Made by a program: the position numbers and the translations under genes. A stretch of 64,000 nt of DNA, taken from NCBI GenBank assembly GCA_041671565.1, contig JBAZBH010000004.1, positions 9,308 to 73,307 on the forward strand, written 5' to 3'. Position 1 is the first letter of the stretch; every line of letters starts with the position of its first letter. Shown piece after piece: positions 46,792 through 56,832 of the stretch. A model generated the notes under the pieces. The model did not search any database. It worked only from the letters and a program-made list of their open reading frames with translations, and was not told where the DNA came from. Source of the DNA: Patescibacteria group bacterium (GTDB lineage: Bacteria > Patescibacteriota > Patescibacteriia > JACRDY01).

Positions 46792-48552
46792 ATGAAATAC
46801 AACACTAAAAAAACTCTCAGTTACTACTTGCGGGCGGCGAGCCACTATCCGTTCTCCGGCCTGAGTTTGGTGTTGGCGGCGATTAGCTCCACGGTTGCTA
46901 CCAGTATTATCCCTTTATATTTTAAGGATCTTTTTGATGTGCTGAGCGCCGGCGCGCCGAGCGATTCGGCGGTTAGTCGGCTGTTTGGGATTTTGGCCAT
47001 GATTATTGGTTTGAGCCTTTTGGAGTGGCTGTTTTGGCGGCTGGCGACTTGGGCGGCGATTTATTTTCAGAATCATGTCATTATTGATTTAAGTAATTCT
47101 TGTTTTGCTTATCTCCATCGCCATTCGGTTACTTTCTTCAATAACAATTTCGCCGGTTCGCTGGTTAAGCGGGTCAAATGGTTTTCCGGCGCTTTTGAAA
47201 ATATCGCCGATGCCATTGTCTGGCGGATTGTGCCGCTAGTCGTTAATATCATCATGATTATTACGATTTTGTCTTTTCGCAATCGCTTGTTGGCGGGCGC
47301 GGTGGGGTTGTGGATTGCGTTTTTTCTCACGGTTAATTGGATATTTACCAAATACAAACTCCGTTATGATATCGCCCGGAGCGCGGCCGAAACCAGCATT
47401 ACCGGCTTGCTCGCCGACACCATTGGCAATCAAAGCTCGGTCAAGCTGTTTAACGGTTATTGGCGCGAGCTGAAAAGATTTGCCGCTTCGGCGGCTAAAT
47501 TGGGCGAGGCCCGCCGGCTGACTTGGAGTTTGGACATGTATTTTGAGGCGGTGCAGGGCCTATTAACCTTGGTTTTGGAAGTGGGAATTTTTTATTTGGC
47601 GATCAGATTGTGGCAGCAAGGCCTGGTGACGGTTGGTGATTTCGTTTTACTGCAATCTTATGTTCTGACGATTATTATGCGGGTGTGGGACTTTGGCAAA
47701 ACCGTTCGTCAGATTTACGAGCGCCTGGCTGATGCCGAGGAAATGACGATAATTCTGGAAACGCCGCACGAGATCCAAGATCTGCCAGCTGCCAAAAGTT
47801 TAAAAGTGCCGGCCGGCCGGATTGAGTTTAAAAATGTTGACTTTGCCTATCATCAAACCCGGAAAGTATTGAAGAAATTTAATTTAATTATCCAGCCGCA
47901 TGAACGGTTGGCGCTCATCGGGCCGTCGGGCGCCGGCAAAAGCACGGTGGTGCGGCTGCTCCTGCGTCAGCATGATTTAACCGCCGGGGAGATCTTGATT
48001 GACGGGCAAAATATCTCTGAAGTCACCCAGGAAAGTCTGTGGCAAAATATCAGCTGGGTGCCGCAGGATCCGATTTTGTTTCACCGGACGCTGAAGGAAA
48101 ATATCCGCTATGGCCGGCCGAGCGCCACCAACGCCGAAGTCTTGGCCGCCGCCAGAGCCGCCCATTGCCATGAGTTTATTAAAAATTTCCCTGAAGGTTA
48201 TGATACTTTCGTTGGCGAGCGGGGAGTGAAGCTTTCCGGCGGCGAACGCCAGCGGGTGGCGATTGCCCGGGCGATACTCCGTAACGCGCCGATCTTGATC
48301 TTGGATGAAGCTACTTCCAGCCTGGACTCTGAGTCTGAAGGCCTGATTCAAGATGCGCTGAATAAATTAATGGTTAATAAAACCGTGATTGTGATTGCCC
48401 ACCGGCTGTCCACGATTAGAAAAATGGACCGGATTATTGTGGTGGACCGTGGCGGCATCATTGAAGAAGGCGCGCATGACGACCTGACCGGCAAGGCCGA
48501 TGGCTTATACAGCCGGTTGTGGCGGATGCAGGCGGGCGGGTTTTTGAAGTAA
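46792..48552 (+). CDS. ABC exporter, fused permease/ATPase
   Basis: TM N-terminal half; GPSGAGKS, LSGGERQR, ILDEATSSLD, IAHRLST. Confidence 0.95.
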   Translation: MKYNTKKTLSYYLRAASHYPFSGLSLVLAAISSTVATSIIPLYFKDLFDVLSAGAPSDSAVSRLFGILAMIIGLSLLEWLFWRLATWAAIYFQNHVIIDLSNSCFAYLHRHSVTFFNNNFAGSLVKRVKWFSGAFENIADAIVWRIVPLVVNIIMIITILSFRNRLLAGAVGLWIAFFLTVNWIFTKYKLRYDIARSAAETSITGLLADTIGNQSSVKLFNGYWRELKRFAASAAKLGEARRLTWSLDMYFEAVQGLLTLVLEVGIFYLAIRLWQQGLVTVGDFVLLQSYVLTIIMRVWDFGKTVRQIYERLADAEEMTIILETPHEIQDLPAAKSLKVPAGRIEFKNVDFAYHQTRKVLKKFNLIIQPHERLALIGPSGAGKSTVVRLLLRQHDLTAGEILIDGQNISEVTQESLWQNISWVPQDPILFHRTLKENIRYGRPSATNAEVLAAARAAHCHEFIKNFPEGYDTFVGERGVKLSGGERQRVAIARAILRNAPILILDEATSSLDSESEGLIQDALNKLMVNKTVIVIAHRLSTIRKMDRIIVVDRGGIIEEGAHDDLTGKADGLYSRLWRMQAGGFLK

Positions 48553-48556
48553 AAAA

Positions 48557-48996
48557 TAAATTAGATAGCGGAGTAACGGGGCCTTTGGCCCCGTTGTGTT
48601 TTTCGGAATGACCCCGCCGTGGCGGGGTCATTTTAGTTTGACCAAATAAGTTTATTTCGCTCCTGCGCGGGTCTTAACCGGCTGGTTTAGTAGGATGGCG
48701 AGTAGGGGCAATCCACGAATTGCCCTAAACTAATTACCTTAATTTATTACCTAAGTTTAGCCCTCGCCGGGTAGGCGTTACTTTCTGTGACCAGAAAGTA
48801 ACCAAAGAGTCTTGGGGGTTCCAGACGCGCGACTGCTCGCCACCTTAGTTCTTCTCGCCCCGCTCCGCCACTCCCGCTCGTCCGCCTCCGGCGGACTCGA
48901 CTCCCGTGGCTCCGCTCGGCGCGGCCTTCCGCCCCCAAACCCCCGACTGCTTGGCAATTATTATCTTTTGAATAAAAGACACTGTAGAGGAGTTCT
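48557..48996. mobile_element. ~400-bp structured intergenic element, copy B
   Basis: Same ordered blocks as 24403-24809; contains a GTAG REP at 48702-48727. Confidence 0.65.
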
Positions 48997-49047
48997 GGAA
49001 AAAAACAAAAACCACCTTAAATTAAAGTGGTGTTTTTGTTAATTTTA

Positions 49048-49791
49048 TTATTCACTAATCAGTAATCCGGCGCCGTACATGACGGCGAGGCCGAGGAGTA
49101 GGACTAAAAAATGAATCAAGGTATTTTTGGTGCCACGGTCTTGGTTGGTCATGGGGACCAGGTCAGTGAGGGCGATATAGATAAAGTTGCCGGTCGCTAG
49201 AGCGATCAAAATCAGGCTGAGCGATTGGACTTCGCCTTTCAGAAACCAAACAAATAAACCGCCCACCAGGCTACCGGCGGCCGAGAGCAGGTTATAAAAA
49301 ATAATCTTGCCAGGCTTCATTTGATTGTGGAGCATCACGGCGAAATCGCTGATTTCTTGGGGAATTTCGTGAAATAAGACGGCTAGAGTGGTAATAATGC
49401 CCAGGCGGAAATCAACCAGAAACGCGCCGGCGATAATCGTGCCATCCAGGAAATTATGGATGGTGTCGCTAATGATTATTAAAGTGCTGGAAGTGTGGAC
49501 CTCACATTCGTCATTTTCATGGCAATGGTAGACGATTAACAGCTTTTCCAAGAGGTAGAAAATTAAGATACCAAGTAAAACCAAAATTAGCGATGTTTCC
49601 ACTTTTGGCGACCCATTAATCAATTCCGGCAGTAAATGGGTGAAAACCGCCACCAACATGGCGCCAATAGCAAAAGAAACCATGAAGCCGGAGATTCTTT
49701 TGGCGCGGTTTTCTTGCCACAATAACAGCAAGCCGCCAGATAAGCCTAAAAAACCGGAAAGGGCGATAGCGAGGATAATATAGAGTAGCAT
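49048..49791 (-). CDS. ZIP family zinc/metal transporter
   Basis: HCH loop, D.IHNFLDG, HEIPQE.SDF, DLVP motifs. Confidence 0.93.
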   Translation of the reverse strand: MLLYIILAIALSGFLGLSGGLLLLWQENRAKRISGFMVSFAIGAMLVAVFTHLLPELINGSPKVETSLILVLLGILIFYLLEKLLIVYHCHENDECEVHTSSTLIIISDTIHNFLDGTIIAGAFLVDFRLGIITTLAVLFHEIPQEISDFAVMLHNQMKPGKIIFYNLLSAAGSLVGGLFVWFLKGEVQSLSLILIALATGNFIYIALTDLVPMTNQDRGTKNTLIHFLVLLLGLAVMYGAGLLISE

Positions 49792-49873
49792 AGCTTAAGT
49801 TAAAAGTTAGGAATGAATTTGTAGTCTTATTTTAACCAATTATTCCGTATAAAGCAAATTGAGTCGGCTCATT

Positions 49874-49902
49874 TTGACTTTGGGGGTAAATTACCCTATA
49901 AT
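49874..49902 (+). promoter_or_regulatory. Sigma70 promoter of asnS
   Basis: TTGACT-17 bp-TATAAT. Confidence 0.7.
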
Positions 49903-49923
49903 TAAATAAAATAAGCTAAAATT

Positions 49924-51219
49924 ATGTCATTATCTTTAATTTCTCAATTGGCCGCTAAGGCGGGTGAAAGCGTGACGCTTGGTGGCTGGGTTTATAATTT
50001 CCGCTCTTCGGGCGGACTTTATTTTTTGCAACTGCGCGACGGTAGCGGGTTTATCCAGGCCGTAGTGGATAAAGAAAAAGTCAGTTCGGAAGTTTGGTCG
50101 GCCTGTGAAAAGATTACTATAGAATCATCAGTTGAAGTTACTGGCCAAGTAACCGAGCACCCCAAAAAACCGGGCGTGTTTGAATTGCAAGTTAGCGGCT
50201 TAAAAATTGTGCAGATTGCCGAGGAATATCCGATCGGCAAAAAAGAGCACGGGCCGGACTTTCTTTTGGACAACCGGCATCTGTGGCTCCGTTCTGGCCG
50301 GCAATGGGCGATTCAGCGGGTGCGCGACGCGATCATTACCGCGATTTACGAGTTTTATCACCAGCGCGGTTTTATTAAAATTGACACGCCGATTATCACG
50401 CCGAACGCTTGCGAGGGGGCAACGACTTTATTTGATATAAAATATTTTGACCAAGGCAAAGCTTATTTGTCGCAGTCCGGGCAACTTTATTTGGAAGCGG
50501 CGATTATGTCGGTCGGGCGAGGTTTTGATTTTGGTCCGGTATTCCGCGCCGAGAAAAGCAAGACGCGGCGGCATTTGGCCGAGTTTTGGATGATGGATGC
50601 CGAGGCGGCATTTGTTGACCACGAGGGCAATATGAAACTGCAAGAGGATATGATTTGTTATATTGTAGAATATTGCTTGACGCATTGCCAAACGGAATTG
50701 GCGCTTTTGGAACGCGACCTAGAACCGTTAAAAAAGATTAAGGCGCCGTTCACGCGTTTGACTTATACTGAGGCGATTAAAAAATTGCAAGAATTAGGTT
50801 CAGACATCAAGTTTGGCGAAGATTTGGGCAACGACGACGAAGGCCTATTAACCCAAGACAGCGCCGTGCCGGTTTTCGTCCACAAATGGCCGGCGGCGAT
50901 AAAGCCGTTTTACATGAAAGTCGATCCCGATAACGCCGAATTGGTTTTAAACGATGATTTAATCGGCGTTGAAGGCGCCGGCGAGCTGATTGGCGGCAGC
51001 CAACGCGAGGATAGTTATGAAATTTTGAAAGCGAAAATTGAAAAGGAAGGTTTAAAGGGCGAAGAATACCAGTGGTATTTGGATCTGCGGAAATACGGCA
51101 GTGTGCCGCACAGCGGTTTCGGCTTGGGTCTAGAACGAACCGTCGCTTGGATCGCCGGCGCCGAACACATCCGCGAGACCATTCCGTTCCCGCGGTTGAT
51201 TAATAGATTAAGGCCATAA
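49924..51219 (+). CDS. asnS: Asparagine--tRNA ligase
   Basis: FLQLRDGSG, RHLWLR, YLSQSGQLY, FRAEKSKTRRHL.EF, WYLDLRKYGSVPHSGFGLG. Confidence 0.96.
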   Translation: MSLSLISQLAAKAGESVTLGGWVYNFRSSGGLYFLQLRDGSGFIQAVVDKEKVSSEVWSACEKITIESSVEVTGQVTEHPKKPGVFELQVSGLKIVQIAEEYPIGKKEHGPDFLLDNRHLWLRSGRQWAIQRVRDAIITAIYEFYHQRGFIKIDTPIITPNACEGATTLFDIKYFDQGKAYLSQSGQLYLEAAIMSVGRGFDFGPVFRAEKSKTRRHLAEFWMMDAEAAFVDHEGNMKLQEDMICYIVEYCLTHCQTELALLERDLEPLKKIKAPFTRLTYTEAIKKLQELGSDIKFGEDLGNDDEGLLTQDSAVPVFVHKWPAAIKPFYMKVDPDNAELVLNDDLIGVEGAGELIGGSQREDSYEILKAKIEKEGLKGEEYQWYLDLRKYGSVPHSGFGLGLERTVAWIAGAEHIRETIPFPRLINRLRP

Positions 51220-51280
51220 AAAATAATAAAAATAATAGCACTTTTTATTTTTAAGTGAGGAGGCAGTTAGGAGGTTGATT

Positions 51281-51493
51281 ATGTGGAAATGGCTAAAAGA
51301 TTTTTGGGTAAAGATTTTTAGCGAGCCACATCGGACCGGTATGTGTCCGGTTTGTGATGAACAAGTGTCAATCACAAAAAAAGGCGGAAACTTTATAATC
51401 GAACTTCATTTTGAAGACGGCAGCAGCTATCTTCGCTGCGGCGGAAGTTCAGAAGAGCCGGTTGAAGGCACGGTTTCCCTCAAAGGCAGATAA
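51281..51493 (+). CDS. Hypothetical small protein (CxxC) enclosed by 23-bp inverted repeats
   Basis: AGGAGG SD; flanking inverted repeats at 51242-51264 and 51501-51523. Confidence 0.55.
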   Translation: MWKWLKDFWVKIFSEPHRTGMCPVCDEQVSITKKGGNFIIELHFEDGSSYLRCGGSSEEPVEGTVSLKGR

Positions 51494-51538
51494 TATTTCC
51501 GCCTCCTCACTTAAGAATAAAAAATTAATTATAATTAT

Positions 51539-51976
51539 ATGGCCGAATTTAAACATTCAGCTTCGTTTAATCCGCAAGGTCAACCCAACTTTGTTACCAT
51601 TGCTTCCGGGCCGGTGATTATTAAAGATGGCAAAGTTTTGCTCGACAAACACGGCGATGATTTTTGGAAATTTCCGGGTGGGGCAGTGGAGAGCGGCAAC
51701 AGTTTCGAGGAAAACGCCAAGCGGGAAGTCAAAGAAGAGTTGGGGGTGGAAGTTGAGCTTAAAGGCGAGCCATATATTATCAGTTTTACGCGAGAGAAAG
51801 ACGGCAAAGAGGAGTTGGTGATTTTAATCCACTATTTGGCGGAGATCATCAGCGGTGAGCCGCAGGCCGGACAGGATGTGGTGGAATTTGGTTGGCACGA
51901 TGTTAACAGCTTGCCGGCTGACTGCGCGCCGAACATCAAGCCGGTGGTTGAATATTTTAGAACATTAAAACATTAA
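51539..51976 (+). CDS. NUDIX hydrolase
   Basis: PGG.VE.G......A.RE.KEELG Nudix box. Confidence 0.92.
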   Translation: MAEFKHSASFNPQGQPNFVTIASGPVIIKDGKVLLDKHGDDFWKFPGGAVESGNSFEENAKREVKEELGVEVELKGEPYIISFTREKDGKEELVILIHYLAEIISGEPQAGQDVVEFGWHDVNSLPADCAPNIKPVVEYFRTLKH

Positions 51977-52043
51977 AACACTAGAACATTAAAACCAAAC
52001 GAGGTCCGATGTTTTAATGTTTTTATGTTCTAGTGCTTTAATG
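51958..52043. repeat. 8-mer (AACATTAA) palindromic element
   Basis: aacattaaaacattaaaacactagaacatt versus atgttttaatgtttttatgttctagtg; supplies the NUDIX stop codon. Confidence 0.8.
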
Positions 52044-52049
52044 AATTAT

Positions 52050-53315
52050 ATGAAAGAGGCAATTAAGAAGATTTTCCGGAAAATCGGTCCTGGGTTTATC
52101 ACTGGCGCGGCGGACGATGACCCGTCAGGCATTGGCACTTATTCGGCGGCTGGCTCGCGGTTTGGTTTGGGCCAGCTGTGGACGCCACTCTTCACTTTTC
52201 CCTTGATGGCGGCGGTGCAAGAGATCTGCGCGCGGATTGGCCTGGTGACCGGCCGGGGACTAGCCGGAGTGATTAGAAAAAATTATTCACGAAAGCTTTT
52301 ATTTTTTTGTGTTACTTTGTTAGTTATTGCCAATACCATTAATATCGGCGCCGATATTGGCGCGATGGCGAGCGCCGTTGGCCTTTTGACCTCGCGAGCA
52401 TCCTTTGCTTTTACCGCCGGAGCGTTAACTTTTCTGATTTTGGCCTTGGAAATTTTTGTGCCGTATCGGGTTTATGCCAGGTTTTTGCGCATTTTTGCTT
52501 TCTCTCTATTCGCTTATTGGCTGACGGCGCTGTTTATCAAAATCAACTGGACGGAAGTGGCGACGCGGACTTTCTGGCCGCAATGGCAATGGAATTTTGA
52601 TTATATTTTAATTTTGGTCGGCGTTTTTGGCACCACCATCTCACCTTATCTTTTTTTCTGGCAAGCTTCCGAAGAAGTGGAAGAAGAAATTATTGAAGGC
52701 CGGTGGTCGATCAAGTCGCGTCAGGGCGCAACACTGCCGGAGATTAAAGATATGCGCGAGGATGTATTTATTGGCATGCTCTTTTCCAATATTACGATGT
52801 TTTTTGTTATCTTGGTCGCCGGCTCGACGCTCTTTGCCAACGGTGTTTTTAATATTGAAACCGCCGAACAAGCGGCATCGGCTTTAAAGCCGCTCGCGGG
52901 GGATTGGGCGTATTTACTTTTTACTTTGGGGATTATCGGCGTTGGCTTGCTGGCAATACCGGTGCTGGCCGGATCGGCGGCCTACGCGGTTAGCGAGGCG
53001 TTGAAGTTGCGCGAGGGCTTGGGTTTGAAATGGAATCAGGCCAAGGGTTTTTACGCTATTATTTTATTGGCTACCGTAGTTGGTTTAGGCATGAATTTTT
53101 TGGGGATCAATCCGATGCAGGCGCTCCTTTACACCGCGGTCCTGAACGCCATCATTTCCGTGCCGCTCCTGTTTGTGATTATGAAAGTGGGTAATGACGG
53201 GAAAATCATGGGTGAATTCAAAAACGGCCCGTTAGCAAACTTTCTAGGCTGGGCGGCGACAATTGTTATGACGCTTGGCGCGGTCGTTTTATTCATTAGT
53301 TTTATCGTGAAATAA
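52050..53315 (+). CDS. NRAMP-family divalent metal transporter
   Basis: GPG.ITGAADDDPSGI.TYS, GTTISPYLFFWQ; multiple TMs; start likely 52050 or 52041. Confidence 0.9.
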   Translation: MKEAIKKIFRKIGPGFITGAADDDPSGIGTYSAAGSRFGLGQLWTPLFTFPLMAAVQEICARIGLVTGRGLAGVIRKNYSRKLLFFCVTLLVIANTINIGADIGAMASAVGLLTSRASFAFTAGALTFLILALEIFVPYRVYARFLRIFAFSLFAYWLTALFIKINWTEVATRTFWPQWQWNFDYILILVGVFGTTISPYLFFWQASEEVEEEIIEGRWSIKSRQGATLPEIKDMREDVFIGMLFSNITMFFVILVAGSTLFANGVFNIETAEQAASALKPLAGDWAYLLFTLGIIGVGLLAIPVLAGSAAYAVSEALKLREGLGLKWNQAKGFYAIILLATVVGLGMNFLGINPMQALLYTAVLNAIISVPLLFVIMKVGNDGKIMGEFKNGPLANFLGWAATIVMTLGAVVLFISFIVK

Positions 53316-53317
53316 AT

Positions 53318-53965
53318 ATGGCGGCGAAAATCAGTGAAATTTATTTTGTCCGCCATGGCGAGTCAACCAATAATGTTGAAGGCACTTTTGTCCAGGAGAA
53401 TAAGCACTGGCTGACGGCCAAAGGTGAAAAACAAGCGCAAAATCTTATAAAAGTTTTAAGAAAAGAAAAATTTGACTTGATTGTCACTTCTAGTTACGAG
53501 CGGACGCAGTTGACCGCCTGGCCCCTGCTTAAAAAACATAAAAAAGATTTTGTAGTCTGGCCGGTGCAAGAGTTTACGCCGTTGCCCAGCAAGCGGTACT
53601 CAAAATTAACCATCGCTGAGCGGCGGCGTTTAAACACCGCCTATTGGGAGAAATGTGATCCTGGTTATCAGGCCGACCGCGGCACAGAAAATTATATTGA
53701 TTTTATAAAAAGAATCGATGCCGTAAAAAAGCGGATTCTCAAAGGAAACTTTAAAAAGATTGTTATTTTTACCCACGGCGCTTTTATTCGTCATTTTATC
53801 TGGCGCAATTTTTATCCGCGAAGGAAAATTGATAATCAAGCAATGTTGTCAGGGGCGAGAGTCGGTTGGGGGTTGGCGATAAAAAATACCGAAATAATTA
53901 AAGCCATTAAAATCAATAATAAATTATATTTTGGAGAATTGGACTCCCGCCATTTAAAAAATTAA
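53318..53965 (+). CDS. Histidine phosphatase family protein
   Basis: VRHGES..N, R..LTA, FTHG motifs. Confidence 0.9.
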   Translation: MAAKISEIYFVRHGESTNNVEGTFVQENKHWLTAKGEKQAQNLIKVLRKEKFDLIVTSSYERTQLTAWPLLKKHKKDFVVWPVQEFTPLPSKRYSKLTIAERRRLNTAYWEKCDPGYQADRGTENYIDFIKRIDAVKKRILKGNFKKIVIFTHGAFIRHFIWRNFYPRRKIDNQAMLSGARVGWGLAIKNTEIIKAIKINNKLYFGELDSRHLKN

Positions 53966-53988
53966 AACGCCAAAGCAATTTATATTTC

Positions 53989-54052
53989 AAGATTTAAGAA
54001 AATTAATTACTGAGTTTTATTCTTAAATCCTAAATCTTAATTCTTAAATCTA
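53989..54052. repeat. AGATTTA/TAAATCT heptamer element
   Basis: Short left arm, four-unit right arm ending just before the aspS ATG. Confidence 0.65.
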
Positions 54053-54058
54053 TTCATT

Positions 54059-55480
54059 ATGAAAACCTACATCAACGAAACTTTAACTAAAGTTGGGGAG
54101 ACGGTGGAGCTCAAAGGCTGGGTGCATGTTAAGCGCGATATGGGCAAGATTTCTTTTATTGATCTGCGCGACTCCACCGGGATTATTCAAGTCGTTTTGG
54201 TGCCCGGGGAAATGGATGAGAGCAAAGATTTGGTCAAAGAATTGCGGCCGGAGTTTGTGGTGGCGATTAAAGGCGTGGTTCAGGAACGGAATGCCAAGAG
54301 CGTTAACGCGGAAATGCCGACTGGCAAAATTGAGGTGCTCGCCAAAAATTTGGTGATTATCAATGAAGCGGCCCTGGCGCCGTTTGAGATTAACACCGAA
54401 GAGCGGCAGGCGAACGAAGAACTGCGGTTGAAATACCGTTATTTGGACCTGCGCCATCCGCGCCTCGCTAAAAACTTGCAAGCGCGTTCGGCGGTTATCC
54501 GCTTTGTGATTGATTATCTGGCGGATCAAGGTTTTACTTATCTGCAAACGCCGATTTTGTCCAAATCCACTCCCGAAGGCGCTCGCGATTACTTAGTCCC
54601 TTCCCGGGTGCACCAGGGCCAGTTTTTCGCGCTACCGCAGTCGCCCCAGCAGTATAAACAGCTTTTGATGGTGGCCGGCTTTGAACGATATTTTCAAATC
54701 GCGCCGTGTTTCCGTGATGAAGACGCGCGGGCCGACCGCAGTCCGGGCGAGTTTTATCAACTGGATATTGAAACTTCATTTTTCAGCCAAGACGAGATTC
54801 TCCAGTTAGTCGAAGGCATGTTCACCACCATGATTAAAAAACTGTTTCCGGAAAAGCATTTTACTTTTTCACCTTGGCCGCGGTTAAAGCACGACGAAGT
54901 TAAGGCGAAATATCAGAGCGACAAGCCGGATCTGCGGAAAGATAAAAATGATCCGAATGAATTGGCTTTCGCCTGGGTAGTGGATTTTCCGCTCTTTACC
55001 GAGCAGAGAGAAGACGATTTTTTCCATGGTTCGGGAGCCGGTAAGTGGGCGCCGTCGCACCACATGTTTACCCGACCGAAAGACGAGGACTTGGCGCTTT
55101 TAGACAAGGATCCGGGCAAAGTCCATTCTTATCAGCATGATTTAGTCTTGAACGGCATTGAGGTGGGCGGCGGGTCGGTCAGAATCCACGACCCGAAACT
55201 CCAGGAAAAGGTTTGGGATTTAATTGGTTTTACCGCCGCGCAGAAAGAGCAGTTTAAGCATTTGATTGAAGCTTTCCAATACGGCGTGCCACCGCATGGC
55301 GGTATCGCGCCGGGTTTAGATCGGCTGGTTTCACTTCTTTGCGGCGAAAAAAATATCCGTGAAGTGATCGCTTTCCCCTTGACCGGCGACTGCCGCGATC
55401 CGTTGATGGAAGCGCCATCCGCCGTAACCAAAGAACAGTTGGATGAGCTCGGAATTGAAATTAAAAAAAAGAAAAAATAA
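54059..55480 (+). CDS. aspS: Aspartate--tRNA ligase (short form without the GAD insertion domain)
   Basis: RLKYRYLDLR, STPEGARDYLVPSR, ALPQSPQ, FRDED.RADR, PPHGGIA.GLDR. Confidence 0.96.
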   Translation: MKTYINETLTKVGETVELKGWVHVKRDMGKISFIDLRDSTGIIQVVLVPGEMDESKDLVKELRPEFVVAIKGVVQERNAKSVNAEMPTGKIEVLAKNLVIINEAALAPFEINTEERQANEELRLKYRYLDLRHPRLAKNLQARSAVIRFVIDYLADQGFTYLQTPILSKSTPEGARDYLVPSRVHQGQFFALPQSPQQYKQLLMVAGFERYFQIAPCFRDEDARADRSPGEFYQLDIETSFFSQDEILQLVEGMFTTMIKKLFPEKHFTFSPWPRLKHDEVKAKYQSDKPDLRKDKNDPNELAFAWVVDFPLFTEQREDDFFHGSGAGKWAPSHHMFTRPKDEDLALLDKDPGKVHSYQHDLVLNGIEVGGGSVRIHDPKLQEKVWDLIGFTAAQKEQFKHLIEAFQYGVPPHGGIAPGLDRLVSLLCGEKNIREVIAFPLTGDCRDPLMEAPSAVTKEQLDELGIEIKKKKK

Positions 55481-55492
55481 ACTATCAAAAAT

Positions 55493-55741
55493 ATGGCAGA
55501 AAAAATTGGTGGAGTGGGCGCGCCTAAATCAGAAAATAAGGTGTTGCCGCCGGAGAAGATTGGACGGGTTGGCGATCGGCGGCAAAATTTACCGACTGAG
55601 GCGCCAGAAGGCGCCGGCGCCGAACCAAATAAAAGTCCGTTGGAAAAAGAAGATACAGTAACGATTAGCGATACCGCTAAAAAAATGGCGGCGTGGCAAA
55701 AACGCCGAGAAAAAGAGTTGACTAGCGATAATGAGAAATAA
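55493..55741 (+). CDS. Hypothetical small hydrophilic protein
   Basis: ORF directly after aspS; contains a DTVTIS..A motif. Confidence 0.55.
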   Translation: MAEKIGGVGAPKSENKVLPPEKIGRVGDRRQNLPTEAPEGAGAEPNKSPLEKEDTVTISDTAKKMAAWQKRREKELTSDNEK

Positions 55742-55821
55742 TTTAAAGCAGGTTCTTAAGCTTGGTTTAGTTGTTTTTTATAATAAAATCAGCTATAATT
55801 TAAAGGTTAGGAGGATGTTTT

Positions 55822-56115
55822 ATGCGTCTTTCCGCCTTACAACGGCATATCTTGCGCCAGTGCTTCCAGGCGCGAAAAAAACTTAGCCGGGCGCGGTTAG
55901 TTGATTTTTATAATAACGCCAAAAACAAACCAAAAAGCGAGGACCAAATTAATATCATTACCAAGAGTATTGAGCGGCTGATTACTAAAGGCCTGTTAGT
56001 CGGTTACGGCGTTAAAACCGCGGAAAAGTGGTTTATTCGCGAGATTAGCTTGACGCGGGCAGGCCAAAAGGCGGCGCGCGAGGCGCTGGGCAAACAGCAG
56101 AAACTCAAGATTTAG
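55822..56115 (+). CDS. Hypothetical basic protein, winged-helix-like
   Basis: AGGAGG SD; LS.LQ..IL, L...GL, LT..G pattern. Confidence 0.7.
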   Translation: MRLSALQRHILRQCFQARKKLSRARLVDFYNNAKNKPKSEDQINIITKSIERLITKGLLVGYGVKTAEKWFIREISLTRAGQKAAREALGKQQKLKI

Positions 56116-56207
56116 TTGTTAGGTTGTTAAGTTGTTAGGTAGTTAGGTGCGGCTCCGCCGAAGGCGGAGCCGCCATAACGACTTAACGACCTAACTACTT
56201 AACCACT
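56113..56207. repeat. Family C 8-mer palindrome with a GC core; a half copy lies at 56778-56828
   Basis: ttaggttg arms; core GCGGCTCCGCC-GAA-GGCGGAGCCGC. Confidence 0.85.
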
Positions 56208-56213
56208 ACTTTT

Positions 56214-56774
56214 ATGATCAACCAAAAAGTCCTCAACTACCTTAATAAACAAAAAGTTGGCTTCACCGTGATTGACCACAAAAAGATTTTTACGGCTTAT
56301 GATTTGGCGCAGACGCTTAAAATGGATTTAAAAAAAGTTGCCAAAACACTACTGGTGCAAGCCGACAAAAAGTTTGTGATCGTGATTGTGCCGGCGCATT
56401 ATCGGCTGGATTTTAAAAAGCTCAAAAAAGTTCTAAAAGCGAAGCAAATCAAGATTCCTTCCGAGAAGATTATGGAAAAAGTTTTAAAGGTGAAAGTTGG
56501 CGGCATCACGCCGTTTGGCGCTTTGCACGGGCTGGAAACGGTGGTGGATAAGAGCCTCTTAAAAACTCAAGAAACCATTCTTAACGCCGGCAGTTTTACC
56601 CAGAGTTTGCGGTTGAAAGTTAAGGATTTCCTTAAAATGGAAGAAGCTAGACTCGGCAGTTTTGTGGAATCGGCGGGGTATAAGAAGCCAAAGGTTAATA
56701 AACCCAAAAAAGTGAAAGCCAAAAAGGCAAAGAAAATTAAGAAAGTTAATAGAGTTAATAAAAAGAAAAAATAG
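56214..56774 (+). CDS. YbaK/ProX aminoacyl-tRNA deacylase family protein with a Lys-rich tail
   Basis: H...FTA..LA, KTLL, GGITPFG, NAG motifs. Confidence 0.88.
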   Translation: MINQKVLNYLNKQKVGFTVIDHKKIFTAYDLAQTLKMDLKKVAKTLLVQADKKFVIVIVPAHYRLDFKKLKKVLKAKQIKIPSEKIMEKVLKVKVGGITPFGALHGLETVVDKSLLKTQETILNAGSFTQSLRLKVKDFLKMEEARLGSFVESAGYKKPKVNKPKKVKAKKAKKIKKVNRVNKKKK

Positions 56775-56832
56775 AATCTAACTACCTAACTACCTATCAA
56801 CTTAACAACTTAACTACCTAACAACTAATCCT

